Below are positions 58,423 to 64,000 of a stretch of DNA of 64,000 nucleotides, in pieces. Positions within the stretch are counted from its first letter, which is position 1, and every line of letters starts with the position of its first letter. The DNA is taken from the NCBI GenBank assembly GCA_027923505.1, contig BROI01000004.1, positions 930,001 to 994,000 on the forward strand, given 5' to 3'. The notes under the pieces are model-generated. The model worked only from the letters and a program-made list of their open reading frames with translations. It did not search any database and was not told the origin of the DNA. The DNA is from Mayamaea pseudoterrestris (taxonomy: Eukaryota). The position numbers and the translations under genes were made by a program.

Positions 58423-60165
58423 CTAAGCGCCCCAGGCTTTGCGTAGTCCAGAGGAAGAGGAATGCCTGTAGCCCGTAAATGGAACGGTGGTGGACACTGG
58501 CGAAGGACTGGTGGACTGGAGGTTGTTGTTGTGGTTGTTGTTGGTGGGAGTCGTGGAAGGTTGAAAGCGAGTAGCGCTAATGGTGTTGAAGTTGGTGACA
58601 GTGAGCATCTTCTTGGAGACGCCGGCTGAGAATAGATCAACTTGTTTGCGTATGTATTCCATAAAGGCTTCACTGCGCCAGCGGCCTTGTAGCTGAATGG
58701 TTGTAATAGGGACGCCCGACATGTACATTGCCATGGCGGCAGAGGCGCGTATAGAATGGAGGCCAATCGTGTCAACTGATAAACCAATGGACTCGGGATT
58801 GTTAAAGCTGATAAAATCGCGTAGAAAGGCGAGCGCCATCTTGGTATGGAGAGCAGCAAGCTTGCCGTCGTCTGCCTCGTAATAGTAGAAGTAGTCGTCA
58901 TCCTCACTCATGAGTCCCTTGTCAATAGCAGGTATGCAACAGAAAGTAGTATCACTATGCCGTTAAAAGTAGCGCACCTCGGAATCGAACCAAGGATAAC
59001 CGGCTATATCACCTCTAAACACGCTGCTACTTTTCCGTCTGCTAGTGTACTATATGCTGCATACAAGGCACCATGCACTATGACAAGTAAAGGTATCGCT
59101 CTGGTTGCTGTTTTTCGTGTGCAACCTGCTACTCCCCTAGCTTTGCGCGTCATAGTGCTAACTCGTCTTCCGTTTCAGCTGGCATTTTCGTCTCGCGGGG
59201 GAATGTCACTTTTCAGTTTTTCCTGCGGCGTTTCGGGCTCGGCGCATCTTTGTGCACTCCCCAGGGTCCGCGACTCCCCATCGTTCGTTCGTGACAAACC
59301 CGTGCAACCAGTGAATTTTTGCTTTTTCTTCGCTTGATTCGATCGCAACTCGAACCAGCAGCCTCAGTCCAGATCTCTCGATAGGGACGCTACCATAGCA
59401 GGTATGCAACAGAAAGTTTGCAAAGCGGTAAAAGTGCGCATGTGCTACTTTTCGTCTGCTAGTGTACTATATGCTGCAACAGGCACCACGGGGCAGAAGC
59501 GGGATTGCTGCATCGAAGAGATCGCCAGAGCTATGAGTTGTAACGCTATCATCCTTTACTTGATTCTTTTGCGCTCGAAAGACGAGAGACACCGAATTGG
59601 AAAGATGGAGCGAAGGGGAAGAGTGTGACACGAGCACGCCGTCTTTCCAGAACCGCGTATCGCAAACTCGAATAGGAAGAGTCCTTCTTTCAACTTTGTC
59701 TCCTTTATGGATCTTGAGGTATTCACAAGAGCGAAGAGCAAAGAAGAAAGCGAGCGTAATGATCCTTTGAAAGTGACGGTAGCCAGCGGAGGTGGCTTTC
59801 TCGGCGGCCATCTTCATGAGCAACGCCAACGGAATCGCCTGTTGATGCCCCGTGGTAGGATCCTCGTTATTATAGCCGCGAAACAAGCGTGCTAACACTG
59901 GGAGAGTCTCTCCTTGCGCGTTGTGACGGGGATCGGGATAACCAGCGGCCGTAAAGGCCTTAGCCACACCTCCGACGGTGGTAGAGACAGATCCGGCCAC
60001 CAAGGTACTTGGTCCTTTAACTGGCTTTGAATAGTCGCCTCGACGGACGGATTGAACAAAGGCGATAAAGAGATGCGCTCTGTCCGTTGGCGTGCCGTCG
60101 ACGAGGAATGGATCGTGCTGGAGACCAACTCGTTCAAGGAAGAGCAACCAGCGTTTCCAAGCCAT
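58423..60165 (-). pseudogene. Tyrosine recombinase, interrupted by a non-coding insertion
   Basis: The N-half has FFFALRSCEY and RAQKN. The C-half has HSIRASAA..GRWRSEAFMEYIR, completing the R-K-H-R-W-Y set. The halves are in the same frame but separated by about 555 bp containing stops. Confidence 0.88.
58925..59488. mobile_element. Putative nested non-autonomous element bounded by degenerate direct repeats
   Basis: Units 58925-59073 and 59395-59488 share a 23-bp identical block and a ~47-bp near-identical block. There is no convincing ORF between them. Confidence 0.6.
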
Positions 60166-63100
60166 GTCTTCTCGAACATGAGTGGCGCGTGTGACTCCAA
60201 CAAACTCGGATTTAGATGCATCAACGAGGAGAGAGCGGACAAAATCTTGTTGGGCAGGGGTCGCATCGTGAAGGATGCCGGTACCTGCAGCGCCAGAGAT
60301 GAAGAGAGGATGAGCTGGGTGAGAGACTCATCTGAGCTGGATGTATCGCGTGATATAAGATCAGGTACGACGTTATCCAGTCCCATCTTCCATTGCGAGT
60401 AGAAGCAGATGCCTTGGTGCGAGCAAATAGCGGAGAGGAGTCGTGCCAACAAAAGAGTTTGCGGCGTTGACGTTTCATCCGAAAAATTCGACCGACGCAT
60501 CCATCCTGCTGCAGTAGTGTTATCGCCAATAGCGAGAACGCAATCGCCTCGTTTCAATCGGCCTTCTGCCACGGCGAGCCAAATGCCGCAGACGGGGCCG
60601 AGGAACTCGAGAAAGTTTATATGATGCGCTGGCGACCCTTGTGGCACTGGCAGACGCCAGCCAAAACCACCGGGCATATCGTGTCCTCCAACCTGAGCCA
60701 AGCAGGCGTCTGTAGGAACGATGAGGTCAGGGTAGCGAGGAACGAGTAGATTGATATCAATGCCGTCGCGGGCGACGGAAAGAAAGCGTAAACATTCCGT
60801 CAAATCCTGGCGCTCCGCCCGAGTTAATCGCGTGCTTTTGCGATGCTTGCCAGTTGTTGCCTCAGCGCGAGATTTGGCTGAGTGTATACGGCCAAGGAAA
60901 GGTCGCATTTCAGTGACAACCACAGCAACGTGGACGAGTCGTCCGTAGAGCGTGGCGAGGATTGCTGCCGCAACTGAATAGCCTTGACGATCCAGGAGGA
61001 GCTGAATATCCTCTGAATAGATGCGATACTTGTCCTGCGGTAGGCGAATGATAAGAGTGCGCGAATCAACCTCCCATCCAAGGATTACTTGAGTCTCCGT
61101 TAAACACCCTTCTGCAATGAGCTTGGAGACTGCAATTAAAGCGTTTCGCGGTAGAGGTTCGTCCGCTCGCAACGGTCGACCCATCACATCAAGCATCAAA
61201 GGAATAGCATGAGCACCACGAAGAACGGCGTCGTCACTAGTATGAACAATGAGCCCCAGATGATCGTCAAGGAAGACGTCAAAGAAAGGAAGACCGTCGA
61301 CTGGAATGAGATGCTTGACCGTGGTTTGTCGAGCAATAGCGAACGGCGTGGAGGCATCGGAATACACGACTGGATTGGTGTCAATGTGTGCAATAAATTG
61401 CGACTGAACCAAAGCAGGATCCCAAGACTGGTCTCTAACCAAATGGTTGGCTGCGTCTGTAACTGTCTCTGATAGATCACTGAAAATTGTAGGGCAGGGA
61501 GACCCGCCAAACGTCATTCTCAGAGCTAAAAGCGCCAGCGTGGAGTCAGTCGTGATGCCTTTGGTTGTGGTTGCCGCTTGGACAAGTGTTTCGAGGCCAA
61601 AATGACAGTTTTTGTAGGCCGACTTCCAGTCATACTTGGGTAAATAAATAGGAAGCTGGATGTAAATCAATCTGGTTGCAATGAGGCGATTCAATAGACG
61701 TTGTAGAGCAAATCCGTAGAAGACGGGTGGTAATTCATCCTCCCGGACTCGCTTGTTGACAGAGGTGCCGGCGTGCCGTTGACAGAACGTTTGATCGTGC
61801 GTAATTCGACCGGCTTCCTTGCGGGATCCATCAGCTTGTAGCTTGAGTTGTTTGACATATCCAAATGGAGCAGCAGCTACATTAGCAAGCTGGTGTAAAG
61901 CGTCGACTGGCAACGGGAGATGCCAGCCTTTTGCCGTTTCCTCTTGGAGAGTTTCGAGTACCGCTGCGCGTTCCTTGGTGGCCGACTTGTGGTTTCCGTA
62001 CTCGATGATTGCGTCCAATTCTTCCTTGCGCGTTGCCTCATCAATAGGATACAATGGAAAGGAGGCTCCAGTTGTAAGAGTTTGGCGAACACGAAGCCAG
62101 CGCGGGTGGCCGTGAAAGAGCGGATCGAGGAGCTCAATCGGGCGGAAATTGGAGCCAGGGCAAGTCGGCAAATCCTTGTTGGAGAAGAGCAAATGGCGCA
62201 AGTCCATGTTATTGGCGGAAAGGACGGCCAAGTTATGGTTAGCAGCATCGTCCGTTAACTCAAAGCGAAAGAATGACGGAATCAAAGGAGGAGGCGACCA
62301 TTGAAGAGCGCGTTGAAGGGATTGAAACCAAGACGACTCGACGGCTGGCCAAGGAGCTGGAGCGTAATCGAGGCCAGGATCCATTACTTCAAATGGAATG
62401 GAGAGCTCATCGGTTGGTGTAGCGTCGAGGTGAAAGGCGATGGAGGATGGTGGGTTGGCGATGGTGATGGCGTCGTAAAGGGTAGGTTGCTCGACTGACG
62501 GAGGGACAGACGGAGCTGTAGAAGAAGAAGGAGGAATTGAATCTGAAGATGGTTGGCAGTGGAGCGCTTGAAAAGTGTTCCAGAAGAGGGATGGAGGCTT
62601 GGAAGAAGGACTGGATAAAGGATGCTCTGGCGACGCCAGAGGCAACTTACTCAAATCGTTGTCAATCTTGTCTTGACTCAAATGGAGAGACATTGGATGA
62701 CGGTAATTGGAGCGTGAACGGGGAGGATCCCCTTCCGTTGGATCCAGTATGGGTTTCTCAGGTGGCGCTGATGGAGGAACGAGGCGTTCCCACAAAGGCG
62801 TTCCTCGTGGCTTGAAAGACTGAAGTAACAAGGAGCCACGTGGCTGCGAAGAAGAAGGAGGAGAGCCTCCAAAGGGTAGAGGAGAGCCTCTGCGGCCAGT
62901 TAGAGAGCCAACTGGATTTGGGAGTAAATTCCCGGAAGGAAGAGGAGAGCCTCTTGAACCAAGCAGAGAGCTACCTGGGGTTGGAGGAGAGCCTCCGGGG
63001 TTGAGCAGAGAGCCGCTCGATGGAGGAGAGCCTCCGGATCCAAGTGGAGAGCCACTTGGTAATGGAGGAGAGCCTCCTAGTTGATTTAAAATCGCTCCAC

Positions 63101-63548
63101 GTGGAAGACGGCGAGTTGGAACATAAAGAGGCTCCAAAGGCGCAGTGTCGCTCTCAGGGATTGGGGATCCCGTCATGACGCGAAAACTGGCTTTGGAGCG
63201 CCCTCCAGTGCTCCGTCTGCTATCTCCAGTGAAAGAAGAAACCTCCGCAGGACACGCGAGTGTTGTGTCGGTTGCCATTATAGATGTTAATGGCGAGTTG
63301 CGGGGACGGTTTGTAGTTGATGATGTGCTGCGCACCGATGTCGCTAGAGAAGTCGTTGCGGTTTCGAGTTGTTGGCGAAAGACTTGCAATTGATTATGAA
63401 GAGGCGCAAGATCGAGGTTTGTAGGAGTCACTAGCCTACTCGTAGCGTTTAAAGAAGCATTGGAACTGGACGCTACTAAGTTAGACGAGTCATAACTAGT
63501 AGGAGGTCCTCCAACGTGGATTCCCGCCGGCCACGTGGAGGAGGCGAC
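59892..63548 (-). CDS. pol: Pol: reverse transcriptase plus RNase H (frame open from the gag stop codon)
   Basis: RITHD, KYDWKSAY, MTFGGSPCP, FLDD and ILGWEVDS, then RNase H TDAC, HINFLE, GDNTTA and NVVPDLISR. Confidence 0.93.
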   Translation of the reverse strand, partial: VASSTWPAGIHVGGPPTSYDSSNLVASSSNASLNATSRLVTPTNLDLAPLHNQLQVFRQQLETATTSLATSVRSTSSTTNRPRNSPLTSIMATDTTLACPAEVSSFTGDSRRSTGGRSKASFRVMTGSPIPESDTAPLEPLYVPTRRLPRGAILNQLGGSPPLPSGSPLGSGGSPPSSGSLLNPGGSPPTPGSSLLGSRGSPLPSGNLLPNPVGSLTGRRGSPLPFGGSPPSSSQPRGSLLLQSFKPRGTPLWERLVPPSAPPEKPILDPTEGDPPRSRSNYRHPMSLHLSQDKIDNDLSKLPLASPEHPLSSPSSKPPSLFWNTFQALHCQPSSDSIPPSSSTAPSVPPSVEQPTLYDAITIANPPSSIAFHLDATPTDELSIPFEVMDPGLDYAPAPWPAVESSWFQSLQRALQWSPPPLIPSFFRFELTDDAANHNLAVLSANNMDLRHLLFSNKDLPTCPGSNFRPIELLDPLFHGHPRWLRVRQTLTTGASFPLYPIDEATRKEELDAIIEYGNHKSATKERAAVLETLQEETAKGWHLPLPVDALHQLANVAAAPFGYVKQLKLQADGSRKEAGRITHDQTFCQRHAGTSVNKRVREDELPPVFYGFALQRLLNRLIATRLIYIQLPIYLPKYDWKSAYKNCHFGLETLVQAATTTKGITTDSTLALLALRMTFGGSPCPTIFSDLSETVTDAANHLVRDQSWDPALVQSQFIAHIDTNPVVYSDASTPFAIARQTTVKHLIPVDGLPFFDVFLDDHLGLIVHTSDDAVLRGAHAIPLMLDVMGRPLRADEPLPRNALIAVSKLIAEGCLTETQVILGWEVDSRTLIIRLPQDKYRIYSEDIQLLLDRQGYSVAAAILATLYGRLVHVAVVVTEMRPFLGRIHSAKSRAEATTGKHRKSTRLTRAERQDLTECLRFLSVARDGIDINLLVPRYPDLIVPTDACLAQVGGHDMPGGFGWRLPVPQGSPAHHINFLEFLGPVCGIWLAVAEGRLKRGDCVLAIGDNTTAAGWMRRSNFSDETSTPQTLLLARLLSAICSHQGICFYSQWKMGLDNVVPDLISRDTSSSDESLTQLILSSSLALQVPASFTMRPLPNKILSALSSLMHLNPSLLESHAPLMFEKTWLGNAGCSSLNELVSSTIHSSSTARQRTERISLSPLFNPSVEATIQSQLKDQVPWWPDLSLPPSEVWLRPLRPLVIPIPVTTRKERLSQC
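62855..63080 (-). repeat. Imperfect coding repeats (GGAGAGCCTC core; GSPP/GSPL peptides) in the N-terminal part of pol
   Basis: ggagagcctc or close variants recur at least seven times. Confidence 0.75.
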
Positions 63549-64000
63549 TCAGGCGCCGCCAGCTGCCTCCTTTTGAATCTTGACAAACGCCTTGAGCTCA
63601 ATCATCTTAGCTCCATTAAGGTTGACATGCGCGCGGTTGCACTTCTTGATCGTGCACTTGTTCAAGCAATAGAACTTGAGGCAGAGAGCGACCTGCTTGC
63701 CTTTGATGGAAACCTTGGGGACCTTGGTCCAGCAATCGGGCGGAAACACCACGTTGTAATCCTTGGAGATGGTCAAAGCAGGATCAGGATTTGGATTAGT
63801 TCCACCAGCTTTAGAAGCAAAAGAAGAAGAACCACCATTGCCGCCGCCATTGCCGCCGCCGCCGTTGCCGCCGCCATCGCCAGAATGATGGTGCTTGGGT
63901 GAAGGACCGTCGTTGCCGCCGCCATACTTGCGCTTGGATGGAAGACGAGAAACCAAACAATGAGGAATGGCTGTTTGAATACCAGCTTCAGAATCAATTG
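63549..64000 (-). CDS. gag: gag-like ORF, C-terminal part
   Basis: Frame is open to the window edge. Gly-rich tract and CLKFYCLNKCTIKKCNRAH zinc finger, upstream of pol. Confidence 0.8.
   Translation of the reverse strand, partial: IDSEAGIQTAIPHCLVSRLPSKRKYGGGNDGPSPKHHHSGDGGGNGGGGNGGGNGGSSSFASKAGGTNPNPDPALTISKDYNVVFPPDCWTKVPKVSIKGKQVALCLKFYCLNKCTIKKCNRAHVNLNGAKMIELKAFVKIQKEAAGGA

Larger units (their letters stand above)
57813..64000 (-). mobile_element. Ngaro-like (DIRS order) tyrosine-recombinase retrotransposon, 5' part outside the window
   Basis: gag-like ORF with a CCCH finger, RT/RNase H ORF, overlapping YR ORF, no methyltransferase domain seen, and a 3' split direct repeat layout. Confidence 0.9.

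Noticed and set aside
58969..59025. Functional tRNA gene
   Set aside because: Too short, with no D-arm/A-box and no canonical anticodon arm. Kept only as a tRNA-like module.
58846..59337. 163-aa plus-strand ORF across the insertion
   Set aside because: No recognisable motif. It begins antisense to YR and is likely fortuitous.
58925..59488. Hammerhead, HDV, twister or hairpin ribozyme, or group I intron, in the YR insertion
   Set aside because: There is no CUGANGA..GAAA core with proper stems, and the stem order does not fit HDV. AUAUAGUAC/GAUACUA resembles group I P7 but is in reversed order and lacks the G-C guanosine site.
63835..63880. (GCC)n-like repeat
   Set aside because: Encodes the Gly-rich tract of gag.

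Overview
Gene-dense eukaryotic nuclear DNA of about 50% GC with short GT-AG introns. It is most likely from a pennate diatom, inferred from a frustulin-like gene, a DUF6824 gene and bipartite plastid presequences. Positions 1-57.7 kb hold about 30 unrelated host genes: TPR protein, OGFOD1/TPA1, frustulin, PhzF-like, ankyrin-TRP channel, CSN6, DHHC, ArgRS, an intron-split RlmJ-like methyltransferase, BCD1, a membrane-domain/FNR fusion, BRAP2, XPB, GH30, chlorophyll synthase, DUR3 urea transporter, RPA3, a GH5 pseudo-enzyme and a four-domain sulfotransferase. From 57813 to the window end lies a minus-strand Ngaro-like tyrosine-recombinase retrotransposon (gag, RT/RNase H, YR, split direct repeats B1-A2-B2). 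It has two unusual features. First, gag and pol are in one frame, separated by a single UGA that is followed by a strong hairpin, suggesting programmed readthrough. Second, the YR gene is interrupted by a ~560-bp non-coding segment bounded by two direct-repeat hairpin units, one capped by a tRNA-like T-arm. All assignments come from reading motifs by eye; no searches or folding programs were run.
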